Under the pieces are notes generated by a model that did no database searches, was not told where the DNA came from, and saw nothing but the letters and a program-made list of their open reading frames with translations. This document shows positions 28,426 through 38,988 of a DNA stretch of 64,000 bases, one piece after another. This stretch comes from a virus, in IMG/VR virus record IMGVR_UViG_3300026097_000980, positions 32,001-96,000 of that record. One strand, written 5' to 3'. The position numbers and the translations under genes are program-made. Position 1 is the stretch's first letter. Every line of letters begins with the position of its first letter.

Positions 28426-29686
28426 ATTTTTTAAACTCTGGATTGATACTAAAAAAATCTTGATTTCGGGTTACATCTAATTTAAGATTAAAATCTATGC
28501 AATCTTGCCAATATTCACTTAAATCATTTGCCTGTAAAAAGTTTATATTATCTTGTATTTGTTGAAGTGTTACCTGCTCTAATAGTTTATGTTGTTGTAC
28601 CAAAGGATATTCTAATACTTCAGTTTTCATTTCCTCTAATCTGTCTACAATTCTTTGTTTTAGTTCTTGTGGTAATGTTTGAGCACTTAATGATCTAGGA
28701 TAATTTACTCGGTGAGAGTAAAACACAATACCCATTTCGTTTATAAAGTAATCGATAACTTTATCAATCTGCATAATATTGTTTGATTGCACAGTAAATG
28801 CACCTACCACTCTACTAACATTAGGAAACGATTTAAATACCTTTATGTTTTCTTCTATTTCCGAAAACTTGCCATTGCCTCTAATATATTCATAAACATC
28901 GTGTATTCCGTCTATGCTTACGTTTACAGCAATGCTTTTAAACTTAGGCCAATAATCGTGTATTGTGCGTCCACCTTTGATGCCTAGTGTTGTTCCGTTA
29001 GTAGCGTATTTTAATTCTATCTGATCGCCATACTGTGCCAGTTTATCGAGAATCTTATAATGATATGGATCCATTAAAGGCTCCCCTCCTGCAAATTCTA
29101 CTCGTCTAAAATACGGCAATAGTTTTTCGAACGAGTCCCACCAGTTATCTGAGTTATCAAAAGGCCCAATATATTGACCCGGAGTGTCAACTAATGCATC
29201 TACTGTGGGAATAAGATAGTTATTTTCTTTTTCGTAATGACTTCTTATCGCTCCCCAATCTTTCCAGCTGGTACTATCGAGAGGGTTACACATGCGACAT
29301 TTTAAATTGCAAAGATTATTAAGCTTAATTTCCATAGTAGGAAATTCAAACGGCATTGTGTAATCGTCGTTTAAAGCGTTTAGTGCGTCTGGGTATAAGT
29401 TGATACGTGCTTCGGGTATAACGCCCGCTGTGTGACGCTGTCGTAAGCTTTCGACACCCTGATCCTCTAGGTCAAAGCACGGTTTACATACATCTGGACG
29501 TTCGCCATTTAGTACCTGCCTGCGAACTTCTCGCATAGTTTCGTTATTCCATGCTTGTTCTAAACTTTCTTTTTGGATCCAGCCGACGGGTTGGCTACGG
29601 CAGCATACTTTGATAGCACCGTCTTCTCGTGTAGCAAGACCTGTAAAAGGATGCATGCAGAATGTGCAACTATCTTTTATATTCAC
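28418..29686 (-). CDS. Radical SAM protein with N-terminal twitch domain
   Basis: FCMHPF, VCC, CKPC, CNLKCRMC, AGGEPL. Confidence 0.92.
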   Translation of the reverse strand: MNIKDSCTFCMHPFTGLATREDGAIKVCCRSQPVGWIQKESLEQAWNNETMREVRRQVLNGERPDVCKPCFDLEDQGVESLRQRHTAGVIPEARINLYPDALNALNDDYTMPFEFPTMEIKLNNLCNLKCRMCNPLDSTSWKDWGAIRSHYEKENNYLIPTVDALVDTPGQYIGPFDNSDNWWDSFEKLLPYFRRVEFAGGEPLMDPYHYKILDKLAQYGDQIELKYATNGTTLGIKGGRTIHDYWPKFKSIAVNVSIDGIHDVYEYIRGNGKFSEIEENIKVFKSFPNVSRVVGAFTVQSNNIMQIDKVIDYFINEMGIVFYSHRVNYPRSLSAQTLPQELKQRIVDRLEEMKTEVLEYPLVQQHKLLEQVTLQQIQDNINFLQANDLSEYWQDCIDFNLKLDVTRNQDFFSINPEFKKYA

Positions 29687-29724
29687 AAATTATTTAGTAC
29701 CTGTATTGTTAGATAAGTACGTTT

Positions 29725-30402
29725 ATGATAACACCAGCTGGCTATGTTTGCAACAAAGAAAAGATTGAAAAATTATGCACTTTGTTAGACAATCTGGATT
29801 TTCCACTCTGTTTAAACGAACCATCAGGAAACTTTTTTTATGATCCTTGGATTATTAAAGAAGAATTTAAAAATACAATTTTTAATGAAGTACTGTCGAC
29901 ACTAGAAACTACAACAGGACAAGCAAGAATTTTAAAATTAGAAGCAGGTAGATGTTATAATGTCCATGCAGATATTGATGATAGGTATCATCTAAATTTA
30001 TCTGGAGAAGTTAGTTATCTTGTAGATGTTGATAATGAGCAAATGTTTAGAATGTATACAGACGGAATTTGGTATCAAATGAATGCAGGTAAGAGACACA
30101 GTGCTATAAATTTCGGGAGGGGATATAGGTATCAACTTGTGGTGCGTCATGTATTACATAATCCTGTGTTAAACGATCCTGTCAATGTAAAGATAATTTC
30201 GCATGAACCTACTACAGATGATACTAGATATGTATTTGATAACTATATTAGTTCCTGGTTAAATGAAAGTTGTAAACAACAAAAGATAATGAACTTCGAA
30301 CCTAATGTTAACGAAGTAAAATTCAGTACGGAAAGAAATCACATTGATAGTCTTAAAAAAATTTTACCAGAAACCTTGGAGATGATTTTATATGATCAAT
30401 AA
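29725..30402 (+). CDS. Asp/Asn beta-hydroxylase-like 2OG oxygenase
   Basis: HADIDDRYHL, RHSAINFG, RYQLVV. Confidence 0.75.
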   Translation: MITPAGYVCNKEKIEKLCTLLDNLDFPLCLNEPSGNFFYDPWIIKEEFKNTIFNEVLSTLETTTGQARILKLEAGRCYNVHADIDDRYHLNLSGEVSYLVDVDNEQMFRMYTDGIWYQMNAGKRHSAINFGRGYRYQLVVRHVLHNPVLNDPVNVKIISHEPTTDDTRYVFDNYISSWLNESCKQQKIMNFEPNVNEVKFSTERNHIDSLKKILPETLEMILYDQ

Positions 30403-31081
30403 TACAGGCTGGGAGTATGTTCGAAAGTATGTTGACAAAGGTGATAGATTTCAACTTAGCTCGACAAATGTTCTCTATACACCTACAATAAATCCGGAAA
30501 AAACTATGATGTGTATGCATTATATAGTAGACACAAACTATATGATCGGAAGTTGTGTTCCTAGAACAGATGAAATGCTACAATATTGGTTTGAAAGAGA
30601 ATTAGGATATCTCGAATTATTTCAGGGAAAGTCCTGGTGTCCTAACATTTACGATGTAGATTATGAAAACAAAAAAATATTAATAGAATATAATAAAGAG
30701 AGTTTAAATTTTCCAGTCTATGTCGAGGAAAGATCTTTGGATAAAGAATATCCTAATTGGAAAGCAGATCTCTTTAATATTATTAATGAGGTTTATCAAT
30801 TAGGATATTATAAAGCATCAATTTATCCACACTGTTTCTTTTATACAAACGAAGGAAAAATGAAAATGATTGACTACTATGCAACTGTTCCAAGAGACGA
30901 TTCTCTTATTCACAAAAGCATTATCGAACCTATTATAGGAGTCGACTCTGAGCAACGATTTATAGAAGTTAAAAACGGAGAATATTTTGAAATGGCAAAT
31001 CACTTTAAAAACTCTCTTAAAACCTGGATCAAGTGGCCCGGAGATCCTCTTCCGGAATTTTGTGAAAAGATTTTTCAGTAA
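30392..31081 (+). CDS. Protein-kinase-like fold protein (degenerate)
   Basis: ERELGYL, PNIYD, KASIYPHCFF, KMIDYY. Confidence 0.5.
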   Translation: MINNTGWEYVRKYVDKGDRFQLSSTNVLYTPTINPEKTMMCMHYIVDTNYMIGSCVPRTDEMLQYWFERELGYLELFQGKSWCPNIYDVDYENKKILIEYNKESLNFPVYVEERSLDKEYPNWKADLFNIINEVYQLGYYKASIYPHCFFYTNEGKMKMIDYYATVPRDDSLIHKSIIEPIIGVDSEQRFIEVKNGEYFEMANHFKNSLKTWIKWPGDPLPEFCEKIFQ

Positions 31082-31096
31082 GTTAACGATAAGGGT

Positions 31097-31651
31097 GTGA
31101 GTATAATGCAAAATTATGTTAATGCTGATTTTTTTAAATTTGAATATGATTGGTCAGGCCTGCTTGATAGTATAAAAGATTTTGAGGGTGTTCCAAATAC
31201 TCCAGATCCAAGTATTTGGAAAATGGAAATTCCTGCTTACAGCGAAATTAAAAAAACTTGGGAAGAAGCTAATTATCCTGATAGTCATATAAAATGGATT
31301 AATTTTTACCCCGGGCAACATTACACAGAAGAACTAGATAAGTTATTGTGCAATCACTTTAACATAGGATATAGAAGATCGTGGATAAGCAAAATAGAAC
31401 CAGGTTATAGTGCTCCGTGGCACTGGGACGTAGAAGACGATCCGGAAGACTACGATGGACCTTTACGTTTGAGTATTTTTATAAATGATTGTGAACCCGG
31501 ACATATTTTCATATTAGGCAAAGAAGATGTTTTTTATAATATGAAATCAGGAGATGGAATTTTTTGGAAAAGATTTAACGAATATCATATTGGCATGAAT
31601 GCCGGCTTAACTTCTAAATATATGTATCATTTAAAAGCAAAAATTATTTAA
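31097..31651 (+). CDS. 2OG-Fe(II)/cupin protein
   Basis: PWHWD, YHIGMNAG, KYMYH. Confidence 0.7.
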   Translation: MSIMQNYVNADFFKFEYDWSGLLDSIKDFEGVPNTPDPSIWKMEIPAYSEIKKTWEEANYPDSHIKWINFYPGQHYTEELDKLLCNHFNIGYRRSWISKIEPGYSAPWHWDVEDDPEDYDGPLRLSIFINDCEPGHIFILGKEDVFYNMKSGDGIFWKRFNEYHIGMNAGLTSKYMYHLKAKII

Positions 31652-32189
31652 CACTTCTCCATTTTTTATATCTTACATCGTTTATTTCATCTACAAATAT
31701 TAGAGGAATATCAAAATCCGCCTTCAAAATCCAATCTATAGTTTGCACAATTTTGATAGGATCTATTTTTACATCTTCTTCAGGCCCGTACCTTTGAAAT
31801 CCGCTGGTAATAATATGTGTGGTTTTAATTTTCTCTGAAGCAAGACTCCAACTGGTATTTCGTATGTCCAGTTTTTCTTGATGAGTTACAGGATCTACCC
31901 ACGCAAATTCTTCAAACTCTAATACACTGCCGATTGTTATGATATGCCCTTGCGTCCATACGTCAGCAACATCTCGTATTACTCGTTCTTGAAACCCATA
32001 TTCGATTTGGGCATGGTTGATAAACACATCGTAGTCTTGCACTTTATCTAAAAATTCAGCATAATCGGAATCTACAGTAAGGTCAAGATTTTGACTCTTG
32101 CTTACAAAATCAATATCGGAGTAGTATTCTGATAGACATCTAGCAATACCTCCGTGGCCGGGCCTACCAGTGCAGATTATTTTAGTCAT
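31644..32189 (-). CDS. Short Rossmann/SDR-like protein
   Basis: ICTGRPGHGGIA, DVFINHA, IITIGS. Confidence 0.65.
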   Translation of the reverse strand: MTKIICTGRPGHGGIARCLSEYYSDIDFVSKSQNLDLTVDSDYAEFLDKVQDYDVFINHAQIEYGFQERVIRDVADVWTQGHIITIGSVLEFEEFAWVDPVTHQEKLDIRNTSWSLASEKIKTTHIITSGFQRYGPEEDVKIDPIKIVQTIDWILKADFDIPLIFVDEINDVRYKKWRSVK

Positions 32190-32706
32190 GCAGTGTTACC
32201 TGTAAAGTATATCTAGGAATGTAACTAACATTAACACAGGCATGCACACATTCTGGATCACTCCATTCGTAGATATCTCCTGCCCGATAATTTGCGGCCA
32301 TAAAATCATCGAACACAAACACATGCCCCGGGATGTAATCCTGTAAAAACATTGAGTATCTTACAGGATTATCCACATCTACGAGATGAGGGTCAATATG
32401 CATGGTCTGCATCTGTCCGGGAAGCAGTTTAATAAACCACCAATGACAGTGTTTTCTAGTTTTAGGCAGTTCAGGAAGTGTCACTGGAAAATTTTTCATA
32501 TCTTCTGACATTAAATTAAACTGTTGAAAATAAGGAGTTCGTGATTCGAAGAACGGTCTAGCCATTTCTCTGAAAGTGTCTAGGGTTGAGTGCCCTGTCC
32601 AACGTTCGGGTTGCCATACAGGCACGGTATCTCCTGTGTGTTTTTCTAAATGAGTAATTATTTCTGGTGTTACCCATTCTTTTTCATTTTTAATAAAATC
32701 AAACAT
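32182..32706 (-). CDS. 2OG-Fe(II)/cupin protein
   Basis: MHID, HACVN, RYTLQ. Confidence 0.7.
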   Translation of the reverse strand: MFDFIKNEKEWVTPEIITHLEKHTGDTVPVWQPERWTGHSTLDTFREMARPFFESRTPYFQQFNLMSEDMKNFPVTLPELPKTRKHCHWWFIKLLPGQMQTMHIDPHLVDVDNPVRYSMFLQDYIPGHVFVFDDFMAANYRAGDIYEWSDPECVHACVNVSYIPRYTLQVTLHD

Positions 32707-33209
32707 TATTCATAAACCGCGAAGTTAAATGTGTATCTAGGAATCTCTAGATTTATGTTTAGCGCACTGTGTCTAGCATCTGGATTATACTCAAACAAGT
32801 CACCTGCGGAATAGGTTTTTAACAATTCTCCTTCGACAATAAACATGTGTCCTTCGATGTGATCTTGTAATGGCATCCAGAATCGTCTCGCTTTTTTTAC
32901 AGTATTTCCGTCTCGGGGAGCATGATCACTATGAAACGGAATAAAGCCTCCGGTGAACATTTTCACAAACCACCAATTAATGCGTCCGTTGATTTCTACT
33001 GGTGGCATCACTGTAAACGGAAAATTGTCCGGCTCGAAACTATGCCATAAAGCATCTTTGCCGAATCTTTTTATTTTTGTCAGTGTTGTTTGATTTTTAG
33101 AACCATATTCCTCGGGATCCGACCTTGGATGGCTGTACCCTTTGTTAGATTCTATATATTCAAGCCAGGCAGGGTCAATCCATGTAGCGTAATTTCCGAT
33201 AAGTTTCAT
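32706..33209 (-). CDS. 2OG-Fe(II)/cupin protein
   Basis: PFHSD, HSALN, RYTFN. Confidence 0.7.
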   Translation of the reverse strand: MKLIGNYATWIDPAWLEYIESNKGYSHPRSDPEEYGSKNQTTLTKIKRFGKDALWHSFEPDNFPFTVMPPVEINGRINWWFVKMFTGGFIPFHSDHAPRDGNTVKKARRFWMPLQDHIEGHMFIVEGELLKTYSAGDLFEYNPDARHSALNINLEIPRYTFNFAVYE

Positions 33210-33210
33210 T

Positions 33211-33795
33211 TTATTCAACAAAATAATCCTTAAAAATTATCAATGCTTCGTCCCAGTATATATAAGGTTCACAAGAATTGCTAGGTTTTAAGACAAAACA
33301 TAATGTCCACCTACCTAAAGTTTTGTTAGGGTTGTAGGTGCTATGCATTTGTCCGACATTCAATAACGAAGGTCTATTAGTGTTTGCTTCGTATACTAAT
33401 TCACACTCGTCCTCATCGCCGCGTAAACAATTATCTTGCCTAGATTCTATTTCATAGCCCTTATTTACTGTGTGGTTATCTACATTATCTCTCGGCGAAG
33501 GACAATGCCACCATCTAGTAACACCCTCATCTGCTCCCCAAGTTACATTAATTTTAACATGATTGTCGATTATCGATTCGTCACAATGTATGGGCAACGA
33601 CCCCATTGGAGGAGTATAAAAAGCTTCAATGTTTCCTATACCTATGCCAAAAGTTTCTAGCCATTTAACTACATCTTGATCACAATATCCTGGCATTTCT
33701 ATATGTTTTTCTTCGCTAGAATAAAAAGAATCTAAGTTAGTAGGCTTTTTAATTTCAAATGGCAAATTTAAATATCTATGAAAAGTGTTTTCCAT
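33211..33795 (-). CDS. 2OG-Fe(II)/cupin protein
   Basis: PIHCD, HSTYN, RWTLC. Confidence 0.7.
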   Translation of the reverse strand: MENTFHRYLNLPFEIKKPTNLDSFYSSEEKHIEMPGYCDQDVVKWLETFGIGIGNIEAFYTPPMGSLPIHCDESIIDNHVKINVTWGADEGVTRWWHCPSPRDNVDNHTVNKGYEIESRQDNCLRGDEDECELVYEANTNRPSLLNVGQMHSTYNPNKTLGRWTLCFVLKPSNSCEPYIYWDEALIIFKDYFVE

Positions 33796-34610
33796 TAATA
33801 AGTCTCTAAATGATCTATTCCTAGTTTTTTACGAAACTCGTCGGTAAATCTTCCGTCGATGCGCAGACCATAACTTTGTTCCATAGTTCGTTCGCCACCG
33901 TGCCAATCTTGATCATTCCACCAGGCTGCTCTAGTGTTTAAGTAGATCTTGTTCTTTTCTTTCGGATCCCACAAATAAAAAGATTTTTTTGTGTTAGGAC
34001 GAATATGTATAAATTCATTTCGATGTGGGTATTCTACATTAACACCGTTTTTCGCGTCCAAGTCTCTATGTTCAAAAGGAATTCCGTCGTGTTCGCAATG
34101 AAAGAAAATAACACGACCTATATGTCCGAATATATTTTCTTGTTTAAGTTTTAAAACCCAATCTACTACACTAGGAAAAAAATGTGCTTCCTCTGTAAGT
34201 TGTCTCTCACCAGGGCGATCGTCCCAATCACCCTCTTCCCAGAGAAAGTAATAAATGTAAGGATCATACGCACCCATCGCCATCTTTAAGTAGCGTGTAA
34301 ATAAGTTACGCTGTTTGTAATCCTTAAAGTCAGACGGCCATAATTTCATACCTTCGGACTTAACAGGATCATGATCCGGAAGTTTCATAAAGTCATTCAT
34401 TGCTTGATAGATAGGAGTCCAGTTAATTTTATAGCTCATATCGTCGAATGTAAAACCAGGCTCCATCCAAGTACCTTCTTTAGCAAACTCACGTGCTAAA
34501 GCAAACCCTTTATATATTTCTGGTTGCAATTTATCAAACCCATCCATGTCAAGATATGGTTCTATATTAAAATAAGGTTGACTGTTAATTCCTCTTATCA
34601 TGGTTTCCAA
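33795..34610 (-). CDS. Putative 2OG-Fe(II)/cupin-like protein
   Basis: EHRD ... DWHGG ... LRIDG. Confidence 0.55.
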   Translation of the reverse strand: METMIRGINSQPYFNIEPYLDMDGFDKLQPEIYKGFALAREFAKEGTWMEPGFTFDDMSYKINWTPIYQAMNDFMKLPDHDPVKSEGMKLWPSDFKDYKQRNLFTRYLKMAMGAYDPYIYYFLWEEGDWDDRPGERQLTEEAHFFPSVVDWVLKLKQENIFGHIGRVIFFHCEHDGIPFEHRDLDAKNGVNVEYPHRNEFIHIRPNTKKSFYLWDPKEKNKIYLNTRAAWWNDQDWHGGERTMEQSYGLRIDGRFTDEFRKKLGIDHLETY

Positions 34611-36082
34611 TCTAATTTTTTTCTTTTGTATTCGCTTACATGATTATTTATGAATGGAGATTTGTCATTATATTTTTCCAAACGAATTATTTCTTTAATG
34701 TCATTTGTTTGATACTGAACTAATCCTGTAGGTGCACTAAAACCTGTGGTTATAAAATACTTTGGATAGACAGTTTCATAAAAATTGTCTAAAATTTCTA
34801 TTGCTTGGAGCTGATCCATGCCATCGTGCTCCCAGATACTCATAGATTCTAGCGACGGGAAGTAAGTTGTTAACACATGGTCTGAAACTTTTTTTGATTT
34901 TTTAATCATTTTTCTGCGTCTAAGTCCGTACTTTTCTAAATTTTTAGAAAATGCACTAAGATTTGTCATCGGAGAGTTATATTCTGGGACTTCTAAATAC
35001 CAACTTGTAACACTCTGTCCTTTCCAATTGCTCTTACACCAATTTATTCCATCTGCAAAGGTTTCTGGTGTTTCCTTAGGAAGCCCGCATATTAAACTAA
35101 TAGTTCCCCTGTATATATTATGAGGTTCGAAGTAGTTTCTTGCATCTATTAGTCCTTGTTTAAGTTTGTCAGGTTGCATTCCCTTGCCAATAATTTTTCC
35201 TGCATTATGATTAAAGGTTTCAATTCCATAAAAATGTCCACCTAACCCTAACGATAACATGTCTCCCCACAAATCTCTTTGGTTTACCAATAAATCCCCT
35301 CTCATAAAAGCCATGAACCATGGATCAAAATCTAGATCATTGACCGCTTCTGCATACTTTATTATCTTTTCTCTTCTGTCGTTAAATGTCTCGTCTGCAA
35401 TCGTATAATTCTTAACTCCATATTCGTTATAATTAAAAAGCAATTCCTCTTTAAAGTCATTAGCAGTTCTCGAAACATCGTCCTTTACTCCCAGTATAGG
35501 AAAATTACAAAAATCGCATTTAAACCTACATCCTCTAGATGTTTCTATTGTTAACATTTCATAAGACTCTATGAAGTCTCTTTTCTGATAATTTACACGA
35601 TAGGACGGCATATTCCATGCAGGAAAGTCACGTAACGCCTTTATAATTTTCTTCCCATTAGAATCTTCTAATTGAAATCTGCCATCAATTATGGTGTTTC
35701 CTGTGATATATTTTAACAATTCTAAAACAGCATATTCGCCAAAACTATCTATCCAGTAATCTATATTTTCAGCCGGCGTGAGCAAACAACCTTGACCTCC
35801 TATCATTGTAGCAATTCCAGGATAGGTTTTTTTAAGCCATGCAGTAAATTTATTTGCAGAGGAAGTCCAGTAGCTAATAAAAGAACTAAACCCAAAAAAC
35901 TTAGTATTAGGTCCTACTCGACTCTTTACAAGTTCTTGTAATTCTTCTTGTGTCCACTCGCTACAAAAATCTATAACTTCAACATCCCAATCATACGATC
36001 TTAAAAAGGTGGCAATTCGATGGGCTCCGTTACCCCGTTCGATACGTTCTTTTCTGTAACTAAAGATTAGTCCGTGATACAC
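34598..36082 (-). CDS. B12-binding-domain radical SAM protein
   Basis: N-terminal Rossmann (MIGG, GE), ETSRGCRFKCDFC, DETFN, GIET, ICGLPKET. Confidence 0.88.
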   Translation of the reverse strand: MYHGLIFSYRKERIERGNGAHRIATFLRSYDWDVEVIDFCSEWTQEELQELVKSRVGPNTKFFGFSSFISYWTSSANKFTAWLKKTYPGIATMIGGQGCLLTPAENIDYWIDSFGEYAVLELLKYITGNTIIDGRFQLEDSNGKKIIKALRDFPAWNMPSYRVNYQKRDFIESYEMLTIETSRGCRFKCDFCNFPILGVKDDVSRTANDFKEELLFNYNEYGVKNYTIADETFNDRREKIIKYAEAVNDLDFDPWFMAFMRGDLLVNQRDLWGDMLSLGLGGHFYGIETFNHNAGKIIGKGMQPDKLKQGLIDARNYFEPHNIYRGTISLICGLPKETPETFADGINWCKSNWKGQSVTSWYLEVPEYNSPMTNLSAFSKNLEKYGLRRRKMIKKSKKVSDHVLTTYFPSLESMSIWEHDGMDQLQAIEILDNFYETVYPKYFITTGFSAPTGLVQYQTNDIKEIIRLEKYNDKSPFINNHVSEYKRKKLDWKP

Positions 36083-37143
36083 TACATCATCCTGTATTTT
36101 TCAGGAACAATATCTAATAACGGCATTGCTTTATTTACAAGTCTGTCTCTTAGCAATACTTGATGGACAAGGGGAGAAGTAGGGTATCCTGGAAGCATGT
36201 CCGCCCAAGATTCGGTTTGCGTTTCGTTAAGGTCAATAGTTCTAAGATCGGGCCACTGAATTAATTTTACCATTACTCCATTTATTTCTACAGGATAGTG
36301 TGCTCGGATTCCTTTGTCGGGCCTTGGAACAAAAGACCATCCCATATTGTTAGATATCTGTTCCGACCGACTAACTAATTCACTCATAAACATTTTTTCG
36401 TGATCAGGACATCGACCTATATCTGTGCCTACCCGAATTCTATACATATCACAGTAGCCTTTATCTGAGTTAAACTGCTGTATTTCTTGTAGACAGTATT
36501 CTAATTGATCAAAACTTTCTAGTGTATAACTAATATTTTTAATCGGTAATCCGTGTATCAAGCAGTTTTCTAAACCCGCTATTTGTTTTTCTCTTACCTT
36601 CGGGCCTTGATAATCCGGATGATTAAGTCCAAATGTGAAATACACATTATCAAATTTGTCGAATTGACTAATGTAATCGATCTTAGAGAGGCGCACTCCG
36701 TTAGTGAGTATTATTATATGACGGTTACTGATGAAATTAATTCTTTGAATCAACTCGGGCAAATCATCTCGCACTGTAGGTTCTGCACCCATGAGCACTA
36801 CAGCATGTTGGCGAGGCATGACGTTGACTTGATCTAGTATCTGTTCAATGCTAGGATCGGAACTGTAATTGTCTGGCAATTGGTAACAATGCGGGCATGC
36901 TAAATTACAGCGATTTGTAATATCTAAACATACCGCATTATAAAATTTCTGTAAATCTCTTTTGGGATAATTATAATTTAGGTAAAAATCAGCATCTTTT
37001 TCTACAAGAAAAGTTTCAGTTCCGTGATCAGGACAAGTTTTTCTGATCCATACAGCATTATTCTCTACAAAAATTTTTGCAGGAATGTGTTTATAGCAAT
37101 GGGTGCAAAGAGATAATGTTTCAGAGTTTGTCATAATAAGCAT
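36082..37143 (-). CDS. Radical SAM protein with Tes/MJ0619-type N-terminal metal-binding domain
   Basis: SLCTHC...KTCPDHG, then ITNRCNLACPHC, GAEPT, LTNG. Confidence 0.85.
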   Translation of the reverse strand: MLIMTNSETLSLCTHCYKHIPAKIFVENNAVWIRKTCPDHGTETFLVEKDADFYLNYNYPKRDLQKFYNAVCLDITNRCNLACPHCYQLPDNYSSDPSIEQILDQVNVMPRQHAVVLMGAEPTVRDDLPELIQRINFISNRHIIILTNGVRLSKIDYISQFDKFDNVYFTFGLNHPDYQGPKVREKQIAGLENCLIHGLPIKNISYTLESFDQLEYCLQEIQQFNSDKGYCDMYRIRVGTDIGRCPDHEKMFMSELVSRSEQISNNMGWSFVPRPDKGIRAHYPVEINGVMVKLIQWPDLRTIDLNETQTESWADMLPGYPTSPLVHQVLLRDRLVNKAMPLLDIVPEKYRMM

Positions 37144-37176
37144 ATTTATTGGTAAGTATTTTGCTAAGGATTGTTT

Positions 37177-37860
37177 ATGACATACGAATATTACTATAAC
37201 GATGTTCCCGGTATGGGATTAACTCGTAATAATCTTATCTATACAAGTTTAATAAACAAAGAAAAAACTATGTTTGTTCAATGGTATTATAATGATACAG
37301 GATATCATTTCGGCCAGAACGAAGTTGTAGATCCTGCAAAAATGAATGAAAAATGGGAACGTGAAGTAAAATATCTAAAGCTAATGACGGATCACTTTCC
37401 TCAGCATGTCCCAAAAATATATAGGATCGACTATGCAGAAAAGAAAATTTTTCTACAAGTAGACGGTACTGATTTTTGGAATCAAGCGGCTTGCGATCAA
37501 AAAAACTATAACGCAGTATTACCAAACTGGCAAGAGCAAATGCTTGAAATTATACAAGCACATAAAAGTCTAGGTTTGCACAAATATTCTATGCATCCCT
37601 CGAGCTATTTTATTGTTAACGGAAAATTAAAAAGCATCAACTATTTCTTTACCTATCACAAAGATGAAGACATAATAAGTATTAAAGAAGTAGAAAGCCA
37701 TATTCACAGTAATCGCCAGGCGGAAATGAAAAAACATCTAGCAACACTTGGTATAGAATGGAACAAGCCGCAACCTTGGACGGTTATGGACAAACTGTGT
37801 TGGAACAGTTTCAGAACAAACTATCCCGAAGACTTTATTGAAAGGGCACTCGATGTATAA
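37177..37860 (+). CDS. Protein-kinase-like fold protein, paralog of 30392-31081
   Basis: NLIYT, EREVKYL, PKIYRID, KYSMHPSSYF, KSINYF. Confidence 0.55.
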   Translation: MTYEYYYNDVPGMGLTRNNLIYTSLINKEKTMFVQWYYNDTGYHFGQNEVVDPAKMNEKWEREVKYLKLMTDHFPQHVPKIYRIDYAEKKIFLQVDGTDFWNQAACDQKNYNAVLPNWQEQMLEIIQAHKSLGLHKYSMHPSSYFIVNGKLKSINYFFTYHKDEDIISIKEVESHIHSNRQAEMKKHLATLGIEWNKPQPWTVMDKLCWNSFRTNYPEDFIERALDV

Positions 37861-38404
37861 AATTGTCACATATTCCGACGAACTAGATTTGCGAGAATTT
37901 TATGCAGAAGCCGAAAAGAAGGGTTTTGTGAATAACTCCACAAAACACATGCTAATAGATTGTTTTCGCAACGAACGAGAAAGTCAGACTTGGATTCTCT
38001 ATTATAACAATCGAGCAGTAGGTAGTGTTGCCGCACACTCATTCGACGAAATGGGGAAGAACTCATATCGCATTGCCGCACGGACTTGTGTATTTACAGA
38101 TGCAATACCTACACCTACCCTTAGAACACGAAATCAAATAGTAACACAACAACATGCTACTGGACAATTTTTAATTCCTGCATGTATCGAATGGGCGGGC
38201 AGAGAAAATAATTTATACATCACCTCAAACAATCTAGAAGGCGGAAGCCAACGGTTGGTACATAATGTTTATTTTCCCGCTATGGTTAAAACAGGGCAGG
38301 CCGAAGAAATATGCGAAATGGAGTATAGGGGAACCTGGCAAAGTGTTTGGCGCTTAAATGTAGATAGATTTTACGAAGAATTAAACAAATATCCTAGATG
38401 GTGA
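37853..38404 (+). CDS. GNAT-like fold protein
   Basis: WILYYNNRAVG...YRIAART pattern; weak. Confidence 0.5.
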   Translation: MYKIVTYSDELDLREFYAEAEKKGFVNNSTKHMLIDCFRNERESQTWILYYNNRAVGSVAAHSFDEMGKNSYRIAARTCVFTDAIPTPTLRTRNQIVTQQHATGQFLIPACIEWAGRENNLYITSNNLEGGSQRLVHNVYFPAMVKTGQAEEICEMEYRGTWQSVWRLNVDRFYEELNKYPRW

Positions 38405-38987
38405 TATTTAAATTATAGATATTGTCAAATTCTTCAGTGTTACATATAATAATAACATGAACTCTGGTATTATGGCCGCAGTTTACTGTACCATGCATTT
38501 GTTTAACATCAAGAATATATGCACTACCGGGATACATATGATCAAATCCGTCTTCAGTTGACCACCATTGTGTTTCGTCAGAATAAATCGGAATATGTAT
38601 CTTTATCTTATCTTTTTGATCAGTGTGCGGTGTTACAATTGTGCCAGGTGGTGCTACGGCTACTATACTTCTATGGGCGGTATAAAAAGAATCGATTGCT
38701 TTTGCCGCCCAGTCTACACAACACCCAGTTTTTTTGTACAGTGTATAATCGTCAATTTCATTATTTTCAAACGCATGATACTCTCTGTTAATATCTTCGT
38801 ATATAGTTTGCAATCCCCAGCCGTAAGCCTTATCGTCCGCCCAAGGATTTTCGCAAGCGCATCCGCCTAGTCCAACCCATTTTTGATCTTGAAAATCAGT
38901 AACCAACCGATCATACCATGCACGAGCTGAATCTATATCTATTTTTAAATTAGGAATTTCTGTAATAACTTTTCTTTTTTCTTGCAT
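38394..38987 (-). CDS. Asp/Asn beta-hydroxylase-like oxygenase
   Basis: PHTD, IHIPI, HGTVNCG, RVHVII. Confidence 0.85.
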   Translation of the reverse strand: MQEKRKVITEIPNLKIDIDSARAWYDRLVTDFQDQKWVGLGGCACENPWADDKAYGWGLQTIYEDINREYHAFENNEIDDYTLYKKTGCCVDWAAKAIDSFYTAHRSIVAVAPPGTIVTPHTDQKDKIKIHIPIYSDETQWWSTEDGFDHMYPGSAYILDVKQMHGTVNCGHNTRVHVIIICNTEEFDNIYNLNITI

Positions 38988-38988
38988 A

